In this document: one piece after another, positions 23,004-36,560 of the stretch
Layout: each line of letters opens with the position of its first letter
Numbering within the stretch: position 1 is the first letter of the stretch
From: Octopus bimaculoides
Taxonomy: Eukaryota
Direction of reading: 5' to 3'
Length of the DNA stretch: 37,972 nt
Assembly (NCBI RefSeq): GCF_001194135.2
Contig: NC_068997.1
Span: forward strand, 43,050,182-43,088,153
Program-made: the position numbers and the translations under genes
The notes under the pieces: model-generated
Told to the model about the DNA's origin: nothing
The model's input: only the letters and a program-made list of their open reading frames with translations
Database searches by the model: none

Positions 23004-23509
23004 AATACATACATACATACATACATACATACATACTGCATCCCAAAGATGGAAACCGGCTCCCTCATTAGTGGGAGATTTATAATAATTAAAAAATAGA
23101 AGAGACATAAAGACATATGCATATGTATACAAGTGAAGTAAATATATGATTGCGTGCGTTCGAGAATTCTTTTTTCTTTTGTCTTGTGCACCAACTGGTT
23201 TCTAATTTGTTTTAAACCTCATTCAGAGCAGGTGCAGATATATGAATTTCCCCAAAATCTATAAAAGTTTTGAGACTCGACTTTTTGCGTTCTGTATATA
23301 GTCACACTAAAATTTACTTATAGGATATTTACACACACACACAAACTCACATACACACACACACACACACCCTTACTCAAACACGGAGGCAATATATCAA
23401 ACGAGCTAGTATAGGTATGACGGAACAAATGCATAAAATAGTAGTTAACTAGTATCAAATCAATTTATAACATACTGAAGAGAAATGCAAGTATATTTCC
23501 AGATATATA

Positions 23510-23560
<51 letters not shown>

Positions 23561-24594
23561 TTGCTATTATGTTAAACTATCGTATGTCCAAACTTGGCCA
23601 AATGCATTTTTTTCAATATCTANNNNNNNNNNNNNNNNNNNNNNNNNNNNNNNNNNNNNNNNNNNNNNNNNNNNNNNNNNNNNNNNNNNNNNNNNNNNNN
23701 NNNNNNNNNNNNNNNNNNNNNNNNNNNNNNNNNNNNNNNNNNNNNNNNNNNNNNNNNNNNNNNNNNNNNNNNNNNNNNNNNNNNNNNNNNNNNNNNNNNN
23801 NNNNNNNNNNNNNNNNNNNNNNNNNNNNNNNNNNNNNNNNNNNNNNNNNNNNNNNNNNNNNNNNNNNNNNNNNNNNNNNNNNNNNNNNNNNNNNNNNNNN
23901 NNNNNNNNNNNNNNNNNNNNNNNNNNNNNNNNNNNNNNNNNNNNNNNNNNNNNNNNNNNNNNNNNNNNNNNNNNNNNNNNNNNNNNNNNNNNNNNNNNNN
24001 NNNNNNNNNNNNNNNNNNNNNNNNNNNNNNNNNNNNNNNNNNNNNNNNNNNNNNNNNNNNNNNNNNNNNNNNNNNNNNNNNNNNNNNNNNNNNNNNNNNN
24101 NNNNNNNNNNNNNNNNNNNNNNNNNNNNNNNNNNNNNNNNNNNNNNNNNNNNNNNNNNNNNNNNNNNNNNNNNNNNNNNNNNNNNNNNNNNNNNNNNNNN
24201 NNNNNNNNNNNNNNNNNNNNNNNNNNNNNNNNNNNNNNNNNNNNNNNNNNNNNNNNNNNNNNNNNNNNNNNNNNNNNNNNNNNNNNNNNNNNNNNNNNNN
24301 NNNNNNNNNNTATATATATATATACATATATATATGACGGACTCTCCCATCGAAGACCACGTAAGAACGTTCAGCTTTTGCCGAACGACCTGCACAAATA
24401 ATTTTGTTTATAATGATCAAATGCTCGTGCCGTACATAGCTCACTCTCTCCATCAAATCGATGTTGTCTGAACAGGTGCACGGAGTACCATGCGTCAGGT
24501 GTCGAAGTAATCACAGACCAAGGTGTTTTGCTCAAAAACACAACGCGCCATCCGGCCTAGGATAGATAGATAGATAGATAGATACATACATACA

Positions 24595-24627
<33 letters not shown>

Positions 24628-25059
24628 CTGTCAGGCTCCTATCTATTGGCTAAGTAGAGGAGGCTCCAGTAATGTTTGACAAAGCTGTGGGGAAGGCAGC
24701 TCTTCTAGGATAAAGATATTGTCACATGAAACTTGTAGTGAAAATAGTACCAGTCACCTTGCATTGCTTGGTGGGGGAACATACAATGGTGACTAAGAGT
24801 GTGCCAAAATTGTTGTACAACTTTTTATCACTTAAATCCAATGACGCGCAGATGTCTCACTATAATGCATGACAGGTTATTACCTGACAAGATAAGGCAA
24901 TAATCATTTATGTATGTAGTGAAAGAAACTGAAAAATTTTGTAGGGCATACGTATTATTCAAATTGCTTGAATAAGCTATACATTTGGCGAAAACTCGAA
25001 GCCGGTTATCAATACATTTATAGCAACTATCAGAAAATTATATCGTGTAATTTATTCAT

Positions 25060-25275
25060 TATCTTTCCTGAGCCATAGGCACATGAGGCTGGTTTCCCGG
25101 ATTCTATGGTGTATATATTTTCTATCTGGACGGGATGCCACTCCGTCACAGTATCACATGCTTTTGCCAACTGGCTGGACTGGAGCAACATGAAATGCAG
25201 CGTTTTGCTCACGAGCACAACGCTTCGCCCGATCCAGGTATCGAAGCTACAATCTTACGAACATGGGTGCAAAAC
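25060..25275 (-). mobile_element. SINE family C-related copy (head plus Meta-like domain)
   Basis: Reverse complement has TTCGATACCTGG...GCGTTGTGCTCGTGAGCAAAACGC...TTGCTCCAGTCCAGCCAG.TGGCAAAAG. Confidence 0.55.
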
Positions 25276-25401
25276 ACACGCCTATACATATTTATATAAA
25301 TGTATGTGCTTATACATATATTTATATATTTACATGCACACAAATATAAATATACATACATTTATATATGATATATGTCGACATCATGTGTGTGTGTGTG
25401 T

Positions 25402-25439
<38 letters not shown>

Positions 25440-27399
25440 NNNNNNNNNNNNNNNNNNNNNNNNNNNNNNNNNNNNNNNNNNNNNNNNNNNNNNNNNNNNN
25501 NNNNNNNNNNNNNNNNNNNNNNNNNNNNNNNNNNNNNNNNNNNNNNNNNNNNNNNNNNNNNNNNNNNNNNNNNNNNNNNNNNNNNNNNNNNNNNNNNNNN
25601 NNNNNNNNNNNNNNNNNNNNNNNNNNNNNNNNNNNNNNNNNNNNNNNNNNNNNNNNNNNNNNNNNNNNNNNNNNNNNNNNNNNNNNNNNNNNNNNNNNNN
25701 NNNNNNNNNNNNNNNNNNNNNNNNNNNNNNNNNNNNNNNNNNNNNNNNNNNNNNNNNNNNNNNNNNNNNNNNNNNNNNNNNNNNNNNNNNNNNNNNNNNN
25801 NNNNNNNNNNNNNNNNNNNNNNNNNNNNNNNNNNNNNNNNNNNNNNNNNNNNNNNNNNNNNNNNNNNNNNNNNNNNNNNNNNNNNNNNNNNNNNNNNNNN
25901 NNNNNNNNNNNNNNNNNNNNNNNNNNNNNNNNNNNNNNNNNNNNNNNNNNNNNNNNNNNNNNNNNNNNNNNNNNNNNNNNNNNNNNNNNNNNNNNNNNNN
26001 NNNNNNNNNNNNNNNNNNNNNNNNNNNNNNNNNNNNNNNNNNNNNNNNNNNNNNNNNNNNNNNNNNNNNNNNNNNNNNNNNTATATATATATATATATAT
26101 ATATTGAGATATCACATATATATTCACGCACATAAAAGATCAATTTTGTTCGCGATTGCCTCAAAGTGATAACCCACACTTGAGTAAAGACTTCTTTCAT
26201 AGTTGAACAACAGACAAAAAAAAAGAACAAGTAAATCTTAGCAAATATTTACAAGCCAATAAAAACGAAGCATTGTAGTAAGACGGTCACGCTCCGTTGG
26301 ATTGGCTTTCAAATATTAACATCTATTCAAATGAATCAGTGCACCATCTTCCGCCCTCTGTGTGTTTTCTTTGGAATATCCTTCCTTCCCACTACAACCA
26401 ATACCATTTCATTCTAATACTACTACTAAAAGATCTGAAATCAATGTCGTGTTCACAGTCCGTGTAACAACGTAACAACCAGCATGGCGTCCATAAGTAA
26501 GCCGCACCGCAGTTCTTTAAAGAGCGAGAGGGGTGGAGGAAGGAGAGAGAGAATAAGATGAAGAAAAAGCAGGCAAGTGAAAAGGAGAGAAAGGCTGGGA
26601 GAGTGAGAGAGTAAGAGAAGGACACCTACGATAACAGATCACTGTACCAATATAACATTATACCACTACACTACCATACAAACACACCAACGCACTATTG
26701 CACCCATATTCCATCTCTCCCCCACTACTGCACCAACCAACCTATCAGGATGCTTCTAGAGGGTCACTCAATTTACTAGAAATAGCAACCAAATTTCCCC
26801 TTGAATCGTAGCCTACTGTCTTAAAAGATAAATATCATATTGAACTCTATGATCTTAGATGCACACTGAAGGCAGAAAGAAGGATGGTCACAGATGGGTT
26901 GTCTTTGATCACAGGTCTGTTGTATTAGGGGTAAACCGGAGTTACACAACGATTTCCGCAAACATTGTACTAATATACACTAACATACAACCATACAAAT
27001 GCATTACCACGTCCTTATACTGATTTGTTCATTTCGCAATCACGTGTTTCTCTGTTCGACGCCAATGCACTGGCTTTGCTCATGTTTTCTACCAGAGTCA
27101 CGCATTGACCAAAGTTTTCTGAATGGATTTTGTTAGATGAAAATTGAAAGGAAACCCGTAATTGACTGGTGAAATTAGATGAGCAGCCTGCTAAACCGAA
27201 TTTCGCATAAAAAAATTATATTAAAATGAAAATGTTCATAAAATCGTTGGACAAAGATTCACGTTGGACAAAGATATCCCAGCATGAACGATGATCAATG
27301 ACTGAAACAAGTAAAAATAAAATATATACATACATACATACATACATACATACATACATACATACACACGCACACACACACACATACACACACACACAT

Positions 27400-28440
27400 A
27401 ACTTAGAGATGTTTCGTCCAAAGATTGGTCTAGGCCATGTCTAACTTAATAGCACCACCTGAAAGGATTAGCTAAATCCTTTTTTAAGTCAATTTTTGTG
27501 GTATCATGGTCCATTCGAATAGGGAGTTCTTGTTCAGTGAGTTGTATCCTGGTATAGGTGGCTTATCTGTTATTCCTTGAAGAAATTTGTCTAGATTCCG
27601 TTTAAAGGTGATGGGATCCTTTTCCTCTTTGATCTGTTTGGGGACAATATTAAATAGGGCAGAGCCTGTTGAGGAAAAGAAATTGTGTTGCAGCGTATTT
27701 ATGTGTTGTGATCCTGAATTGGGTAGGGGATGCATGGACCGTGGTCCTAGCATTGGTTGAATTTTGAAGCGAATGTCGTTTGGGCAATGCTGATGGTAGA
27801 TTATCCACATCGTGCATATGATGTATCGCTCACGACAGCGCTGGAGAGAATAGAGTTTCAACGCTTTAAGGTGGTCCCAATAATCGAGATCAGTCATGCC
27901 CTTAATTTTTTTAGCAAATGTCCTCTGGGATGATTCAATTTTCAAAGTGTTTTGTTTTGTATGGGGACAGTAGTATTCGAGGTGTGACCGTACAACGGAG
28001 GAGAAAAAAGAATGATGACACCTTGTTCTCTGGACCGGAAGGTTCTTAAGACCCAAGAGCTCATCCTACGAACTATCGACCTTATTGTTGATGTAGGCAC
28101 TCCAGCTGAGATTGTTGTCAGCAATTACTCCTAGGCCTCTGATATTATTAGATACTGTGAGTGGTGACCCCGAAGGAAGAGATTATGGTTGTTTTACTAA
28201 TCTTTCTTCCAAAATGCATCAGCTCAAATTTTTCCTCATTTAGTTGCGTTTTGTTTTTGTCTTCCCATTGACTAACAGCATGTAAATCAGACTGGAGTTC
28301 AGTTCGGTCTCCTTCTTCATTGATGATTTTCTGGAGCTTGGAGTCATCAGTGAATATTTACACTTTGCCGTGTTTTATGACGCTGGAAAGGTCGTTTATA
28401 TAGGCTATAAAGAGAAGCGGGCCCAAGACAGTCTTCTGAG

Positions 28441-28443
<3 letters not shown>
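27400..28443 (-). mobile_element. Decayed CR1/L2-group LINE: reverse transcriptase C-terminal half plus 3' end
   Basis: Minus strand [18 protein letters not shown] (RT motif B), stop, IFTDD (motif C, 28357-28343), LQSDL..V.QW, QLNEEKFELMHF, RGLGVIADNNLSW, VRSHLEY, ESSQRTF, LKLYSLQRCRERY, FKRNLDKFL. In-frame stops are present. Confidence 0.88.
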
Positions 28444-28474
<31 letters not shown>

Positions 28475-28517
28475 ACACACATACACACATACACACACGC
28501 ACACACACACATGTATA

Positions 28518-28553
<36 letters not shown>

Positions 28554-28621
28554 AATACATATACACATACACATATATACATATATATACATGCATATAT
28601 ATATATGCATATACATATATA

Positions 28622-28686
<65 letters not shown>

Positions 28687-28734
28687 CAAGGCTGACCCAT
28701 TAAAAATACAAGTAGTACTGAGTAGAATGGAGCA

Positions 28735-28845
28735 CCGCGAGAAATAATACCTTACTCAAGGACAGAACGCCCTGCCAGAAATTGAACTCACGACCTTGGT
28801 TGTTAGCCGAATACACTAACCACTAAACCACACGCCTTCACGGTA
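28735..28845 (-). mobile_element. SINE family C head fragment
   Basis: Reverse complement GAAGGCGTGTGGTTTAGTGGTTAGTGTATTCGGCT...GTCGTGAGTTCAATTTCTGG...GTTCTGTCCTTGAGTAAGG. Confidence 0.65.
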
Positions 28846-29308
28846 ACGTACCATGCGTACAACAAATTGTGTTAGGTGCCTGTATAGTCGCGAGCAAACA
28901 GACTCTCCCCTTGGCCTGCGCATCAAATTGAATTCTTTATCGACGCCTATCAGATCTTCCTGTTGATATTATATAGTCTTATGCCGTCAATCGCATTGTT
29001 GGCTTTTAATATAGAAAGGACTGTATATATTGATATTTCATCTGAGCATTGATTCTGACGGTATTACTTCTTGTCTAAGACCATCGGTGTGTGCGTGTGT
29101 GTGGTCTGTGTGTGTATAGACACGCACACGCACACGCACACACACGCACACACACACACACACATACACAAGCAAACATACACAGACATCTATATATTTA
29201 TTTTTATCAGTTTAGCTTTCTCTCTCTATATCTTTCTATCTTTCTCTCAATATATATGTGCATAAATTTATAAGTATACACCCACACACACACATACACA
29301 GACATACA

Positions 29309-29350
<42 letters not shown>

Positions 29351-29913
29351 CATACATACACACACATTCGTACATATATACATATATGTGTATGTACGTA
29401 TGAATATGATTATGGATATATATATATATATATATATATATANNNNNNNNNNNNNNNNNNNNNNNNNNNNNNNNNNNNNNNNNNNNNNNNNNNNNNNNNN
29501 NNNNNNNNNNNNNNNNNNNNNNNNNNNNNNNNNNNNNNNNNNNNNNNNNNNNNNNNNNNNNNNNNNNNNNNNNNNNNNNNNNNNNNNNNNNNNNNNNNNN
29601 NNNNNNNNNNNNNNNNNNNNNNNNNNNNNNNNNNNNNNNNNNNNNNNNNNNNNNNNNNNNNNNNNNNNNNNNNNNNNNNNNNNNNNNNNNNNNNNNNNNN
29701 NNNNNNNNNNNNNNNNNNNNNNNNNNNNNNNNNNNNNNNNNNNNNNNNNNNNNNNNNNNNNNNNNNNNNNNNNNNNNNNNNNNNNNNNNNNNNNNNNNNN
29801 NNNNNNNNNNNNNNNNNNNNNNNNNNNNNNNNNNNNNNNNNNNNNNNNNNNNNNNNNNNNNNNNNNNNNNNNNNNNNNNNNNNNNNNNNNNNNNNNNNNN
29901 NNNNNNNNNNNNN

Positions 29914-29956
<43 letters not shown>

Positions 29957-30510
29957 TGTGTGTATATTTATTTATTTATTTATTTATGTATGTATGTATG
30001 TATATATGTATGTATGTATGTGTTTGTATTTGTATATGCATCATAGCGTTTTAAAATCAAAGTCATATAAATGAAGCCAGGTACATTTGGCATGCATGAA
30101 CATCCGTTCTAGTTGTCGCGCACTAAAACGAAAGTTTGATATCAAAATCTGATGTGTAAATTGCATTTAGCTACATATTTTGCTACCTCTAAGAAACAAA
30201 GAACTAAGAAAGAAACTTTGTTAGGTAATAAATAACTATTAATGGAATTTGAAGCGTCAAAACTTCACAGTGACCAGTGGTTTCGCGCTGATACGGGAAT
30301 CATCAGGCAAGTAAAGATTAAAAAAAGAACCCTCTGTTTATTGGTGATTGGTCTGGGTTAAAGTTATGTCGAGGGTGTGTCACTAGTGAAGGGTATGTAT
30401 TGGGGGAGTTTGTTGATGTGTATTGGTGCGTGTCTATGTGTGAGCAGTGTGTGTATGTATGTTAGTTTGGACAACATAGATTTTTGCTCAGAAAATATAT
30501 AGGTTGAAAA

Positions 30511-30720
30511 CGGTGGTTCTTAGGCGAGGTCCATATGACCCTTAGGAGTTCACATTATTTTTTGCTGTAAAATATTTTAACAATTTTTCGTACAGTTCCT
30601 AATATTATTTAGCTACAAAAATATAATAGGATGTTTTAAACATCAAATAACTATGGAGATCTAGTTGAGTAAAATAGGAGTCAAGGGGTTCCATAGGCAA
30701 AAAATGTTTGAGAACCACTG
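30511..30720. mobile_element. hAT-type MITE with 8-bp target-site duplication
   Basis: Left end CGGTGGTTCTTA; right end reverse-complemented CAGTGGTTCTCA (10/12 match). Flanks GTTGAAAA (30503-30510) and GTTTAAAA (30721-30728) match at 7/8. Confidence 0.75.
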
Positions 30721-31507
30721 GTTTAAAAGAATATGGTTTCTTTTTAAGGATGGTAATTTGTCTATTAATAGTGAAATGAAAATTAACTGCGATACGAAAA
30801 AGTTTTGGGCAAACTATATTTCGTTTGAAGGTTAGTTCACGTCATGTAGTGGTGAGTGGAGTAGTTTTGTATTGACGTGAGCTCTGTGTTGTGGCAACAG
30901 TTTTCTGTTAGGCAGTTAATTTTCGCGTGATTGGATGTGTGTAGTAGAATGGGTCTGAAGTCGATTAAAAAAAAAACATTTGGGGACTACCACACAGATA
31001 TCAACCATTCAATTCACCCTACATAACATGCCACTATATAAAAACTTTTCTGCTGCATCACTAATAATACCAGTTGATCTCTCAACGGTAAATACTTTAG
31101 TCAAATCTTGAATTTCTCTCACATAGTTTTTCTTTTCGTTTCGTTTCACTTCTTTTTACTATTAATAACAAAATTACCATCCTCAAATACAAACAATTTT
31201 CATTTAATCCCACATCATTTATAACCGCAATGTCTGTAGTCCTAACACATACATCCATAAATACCCAAACATGTTAAGCACGTACATTTGACGAAATAAA
31301 TATACATAGAAAATAACAGTCGAAAGAAATAAACAAATGCTGAGAAGAAAATCTACCCAAAACATACTACACACGCACGATACAGATATAAACTAAAATA
31401 ACCACCTATAAATACAGTATTAATTTCTCAACTCTTACGAGTCTGGAGTTTTCCGTACCAAGGTGCGGTGAGCCTCTATTCACTGTGAGATATTAAACAC
31501 AACAATT

Positions 31508-31589
<82 letters not shown>

Positions 31590-32374
31590 TGTGTGTGTGC
31601 GTGTGTGTGCGTGTGTGCGTGTGTGTGTATGTGCGTGCATATGAGTGGATTCATTCACGTATACAGAGACTAGCCAATGCATGTACACATGATAAGAGAG
31701 AAACAATCTACAATAGAAGTCTATATGTATGCATTGTAATATATATACCATTCTAATCACAGGAAATGATCAGAGTACTTTGCCAAAAGATTTTCAGATT
31801 CGGCCAATTGTTGGAATCATTGAGAAATGTGATACGTTTTCAGTTCTTTTTATTTCTCCTTCAGTGATATATCGTGCACGCACACTCATACACACACATA
31901 TATATATATATATACAGACATACCAACACCTTTACTGTACATACACATGATGCGCACAGGCACACACATATACATATATGCTATTATATATACATATATA
32001 TATAAACATATTTTCATATATTTATATATGTATATAATTGTATGTGTGTGTGTGTGTGTGTATTTATTTACCCGCACTACCGACATATATATAGTAAACT
32101 GCAAATATCACCATACCATGGTTTAAGGCTTAGTAGACTAAATACAAGCAATAAAGGAAATATTTATATGTACTTGGTGGGAACTACTTGTTCATATCTC
32201 GAAGTCTTAGTTGTATAAGTTCCTTGATTATCCGTTCCGCGTGGAGCGCCATTGTTTCCAAACTCATCTGATAATTTCTTTAGGCGAGGAATTTGCTATT
32301 GATATGACGCCTGACGTTATCGAACAGTCGTCACTGCTAACTACAGTAGAAATATCTTTTATCTTTTCATTTTT

Positions 32375-32773
32375 CGTTTCTTTGTTTAAGTCATTAGAGT
32401 GCGGCCATGCTGGGGCGCCGCCTTAAAGAAATTTTAGTGAAATGAATCAATCCCAGTACTTTTTTTTCTTCTTTCGAAGCCTGGTACTTAATCTATTGGT
32501 TCCTTATGCAAAACCGCTAAGTTACAGGGAAGTAAACACACCATCACCGGTTGTCAAGTGGTGGTGGAAGCCAAACACAGACACAAAAACACACAAACAC
32601 GTATGTGTGTGTGTAAGACTGGGTTCATTCAGTTTCGATCTACCAAATCCACTCAGAAACTATGGTGGGCCCGAGGCTCTATTACAAAACACTTAGCCAA
32701 AAGTGCCACGCAGTGGGACTGAATCCGGAACTATGTGGTTGGAAAGCAAACTTCTAACCGCACAGCCACGCCT
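32375..32773 (-). mobile_element. SINE family B, near full-length
   Basis: Reverse complement AGGCGTGGCTGTGCGGTTAGAAGTTTGCTTTCCAACCACATAGTTCCGGATTCAGTCCCACTGCGTGGCAC... matches 34454-34792. Confidence 0.75.
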
Positions 32774-33795
32774 GTTCTTTATGCAAATGCCGATGAGAAT
32801 ATACACATCCAGGAAAAATAGGTTTATGTATATATTTAACCCGTTTGTATTTAAAACCGGCCACACCAGGTCCAAATACTCAACATGTTCTATGTTTAAA
32901 TCGGTTAGATTCAGCCTTTCACACCTACCCCGCACAATCTCGTTCTAAACATAAACAATCACATCATCAACATCTCGAAGCTACGAAATGATGCAGGATT
33001 AATTGAAAACAACGTGAAACAATAAGCATTAAATTTGACAGAATAATTTAAATGCTAAAGGGTTAAGTTATAGGTACCTCTGTTATAGGTACCTCTGGTT
33101 AGGACGTTCAACTCACGACCTTGCGGTCGTGGTTTCGATTCACGCACTGGGTGGCATGTTGTATCCTTCAGCAAAGCATTTCATTTCACCCTGTTCCAGT
33201 CTGCTCATCTGTAAATGAACACCATCGAAATGCCAGCGTAACTGTGTCCCCCTCTAGCTCTCCCATTTGAGAGGATGTCTAACTTGAGTTTGAGACAACA
33301 TGGGCATCTGACGAAAACATGGTATATTTTGTCAAGCCTTATTCAATCGCAAGAGACGGCTGGATGTAGGTATTATGATTGAATCCCTCGTCAGCTATCA
33401 CCCATCTCCTTGTATTGTTAAGAAGCTCGCTTTGCTCCAGCATGGCCGCAGCCCAATGATTGAAACAATTAAAACAAAAGATACGATCTAGTCGTCTGCA
33501 AATTATTTTTGCGTGTGCGGAGACACTGTGTATCTAGAAACATCATATCTAATGAGCTCTTTCTCTTTTTGAAGTCAACAGGATATGAGCTTAGGGAGAA
33601 TTAGTTGTTATTTACTGTCTTAAGGGCAATATGTTGCGATTATGTTGAGATCATGGCTGACTGAGTCATCAATTTCAGAACAATAGGAAAACACTTACTC
33701 TTACTCTTTCGTTTGTTTTTATGTGTTTGTATGCATGTGTGAGTGTGTGTGTGTGTGTTTGTGTGTGAGTGAGTGTGTGTGTGTATGTGTGTGAT

Positions 33796-33835
<40 letters not shown>

Positions 33836-34126
33836 NNNNNNNNNNNNNNNNNNNNNNNNNNNNNNNNNNNNNNNNNNNNNNNNNNNNNNNNNNNNNNNNN
33901 NNNNNNNNNNNNNNNNNNNNNNNNNNNNNNNNNNNNNNNNNNNNNNNNNNNNNNNNNNNNNNNNNNNNNNNNNNNNNNNNNNNNNNNNNNNNNNNNNNNN
34001 NNNNNNNNNNNNNNNNNNNNNNNNNNNNNNNNNNNNNNNNNNNNNNNNNNNNNNNNNNNNNNNNNNNNNNNNNNNNNNNNNNNNNNNNNNNNNNNNNNNN
34101 NNNNNNNNNNNNNNNNNNACACACAT

Positions 34127-34359
34127 AAGGCGGCGAGCTGGCAGAAACCTTAGCACGCCGGGCGAAATGCTTAGAGGTATTTCGTCTGACGCTACGTTCT
34201 GAGTTCAAATTCCGCCGAGGTCGACTTTGCCTTTCATCCTTTCGGGGTCGATTAAATAAGTACCAGTTACGCACTGGGGTCGGTATAATCGACTTAATCC
34301 GTTTATCTGTCCTTGTTTGTCCCCTCTGTGTGTAGCCCCTTGTGGGTAGTAAAGAAATA
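34127..34359 (+). mobile_element. SINE family A, best-preserved copy
   Basis: AAGGCGGCGAGCTGGCAGAAACCTTAGCACGCCGGGCGAAATGCTTAG...GAGTTCAAATTCCGCCGAGGTCGACTTTGCCTTTCATCCTTTCGGGGTCG. Confidence 0.8.
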
Positions 34360-34385
34360 ACACATACACACACACACACAGTTAC

Positions 34386-34444
<59 letters not shown>

Positions 34445-34453
34445 AGTATAAAT

Positions 34454-34792
34454 AGGCTCGGCTGTGTGGTAAGTCGTTTGCTTCCCAGTCACATGATTCC
34501 GGATTCAATCCCACTAGGTGGTACCTTGGCAAGTGTCTTCTACTATAACCTCAGGCCAACTGAAACTTTGTGAGTGGAGATTTGGTGGACGGAAACTAAA
34601 GACGCCCGTTGTATACATATGTATATGTGTGTGTGTCTTTGTATCTCTGTTTGTCCCTCCTACACCGCTTGACAACCGGTGTTAGTGTGTTTACGTCCCC
34701 GTAACTTAGCTGTTCGGCCAAAGACACTGTTAGAATAAGTATTGGGTCGATTTGATCGACTAAAAACCTTTCAAGGCGGTGCTCCAGCATGG
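34454..34792 (+). mobile_element. SINE family B
   Basis: Head GGCTGTGTGGTAAG...CCGGATTCAATCCC, then CCTTGGCAAGTGTCTTCTACTATA and the shared 3' half. Truncated at CCAGCATGG, where the GIY-YIG fragment starts. Confidence 0.75.
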
Positions 34793-35120
34793 AGTGTTCA
34801 CATTTAAAAGCAACTTCACTTGTGCCTCTGAGAATCTAATTTATGTAATAATCTGCTCGGGTTGTGAACATCACTATATAGGACAGACGAGTATAACATT
34901 GAGACGAAGAACCACACTACATAAAGAGCAGATCCGGTTCCCGCAATACAGACAGATTCCTTTAAGTGAACACATAGAGAGATATGAAGGTAACATTAAA
35001 CCAAATTTCACAGTTTACCCTTCTACCAGTGCAAAGATACAATTCCTTAACAAAGAACATTTAAATAAAGAAAATTTATTCCTCAAAAAATACAGAACGC
35101 GTCTAAATATGCACGCATAA
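34793..35120 (+). mobile_element. Penelope-like element fragment: GIY-YIG endonuclease domain
   Basis: FTCASENLIYVIICSGCEHHYIGQTSITLRRRTTLH...LSEH has the IY/YIG motif halves, the conserved R and the CCHH pattern of PLE endonucleases. Ends with stop at 35118-35120. Confidence 0.85.
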
Positions 35121-35739
35121 CCAACTTTGATCTCTATACATATTCTAATTCACGATTACATACCCATCACTGTACATATTTCTCCCCACTACTCTAATTT
35201 TTGAATTTTTGTGTGTATATATCCCCCCCCCCCNNNNNNNNNNNNNNNNNNNNNNNNNNNNNNNNNNNNNNNNNNNNNNNNNNNNNNNNNNNNNNNNNNN
35301 NNNNNNNNNNNNNNNNNNNNNNNNNNNNNNNNNNNNNNNNNNNNNNNNNNNNNNNNNNNNNNNNNNNNNNNNNNNNNNNNNNNNNNNNNNNNNNNNNNNN
35401 NNNNNNNNNNNNNNNNNNNNNNNNNNNNNNNNNNNNNNNNNNNNNNNNNNNNNNNNNNNNNNNNNNNNNNNNNNNNNNCCCCCCCCCCTACCGAAAGATG
35501 AACAATTATCTCCCCTGTTCACAATCATAACGATAACCAATTAACTCTCCTTAGATTTTTTCTACTTCTTTAGAAAGAGTTCACACACAAAATGGACAAA
35601 GACATTTTTCTTAAGAAAATCAGTTTTAATGTCATGATTGGCGAAAGCGAAACCGGTCGACAAACACAATATAAGATATATTAAAAATTATATTAAGACT
35701 ATGTAAAGTGTATGCATTTATATACATATATATACATAC

Positions 35740-35790
<51 letters not shown>

Positions 35791-36413
35791 CATACATATA
35801 TACATACATATATATACATATATATACATATATATGTGTGTGTGTGTTTGTGTGTGTGTGTGCACATCATATATATTTGAATATATATATATATTATTAT
35901 CAAAACTCAGGTTACGTAGTTGAGTCATCGAGCACTTTCAGATATTAATTACTTTATTTAGATGAATTAAAGATTGTACTGCTTGGGTTTACTTGCATCT
36001 CTCTACCACTACCACCACCACCGCCGCCGCCGCTGCCGCCGCCACTACCGCTACAACTACTGCTACTACAACGCGCACGCACACACACATATATACATAT
36101 AAGAAAAAGACAGAAGGGGAAGGAGAGAGAAAAAACATGCATTAATCAGAGATATATATTGAAAAATATTTCTATTTTCTGTGCGGCTGGCATCGCGCTA
36201 AAAATTTCACGCCAAATATCCATAGGAACACTTTTCTGCTTGACCAGCAAACACCCTCACCAATATATCACCTCACAACACACGGTTATCAGTATTTATG
36301 TCTCCAGATAAATAAACAACTGTAGGAAATACAGGTGGCAGATGAGAGGGAGTTGTAGGTAGAGGAGAATGGAAGGCAGACAGGTGGGAGAAGAGGAATG
36401 ATGTAGATAGCAG

Positions 36414-36560
36414 ATAGAGAAGAGTAAGAAGACAGTGTATAGAGGAGAGTAAGTAGAAGAGAGTGTATAGAGGAGAGTAAGGAGAAAAGAAGTGTATAGG
36501 AGAGAGTAAGGAGAAGTGAGTGTATGAAGGAGAGTAAGCAGAAGAGAGTGCATCGTAGAG
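36414..36560 (+). repeat. Purine-rich ~28-bp minisatellite (AGTGTATAGAGGAGAGTAAG.AGAAGAG), about 4-5 degenerate units
   Basis: AGTGTAT...GAGAGTAAG recurs at ~28-29 bp spacing. Confidence 0.6.

Noticed and set aside
30272-30306. Minus-strand CTGATGA...GAAACCACTGGTC hammerhead-like core
   Set aside because: The core and a near-palindromic stem III with GUC are present, but I could not pair stem I or stem II. At best it is a decayed relic.
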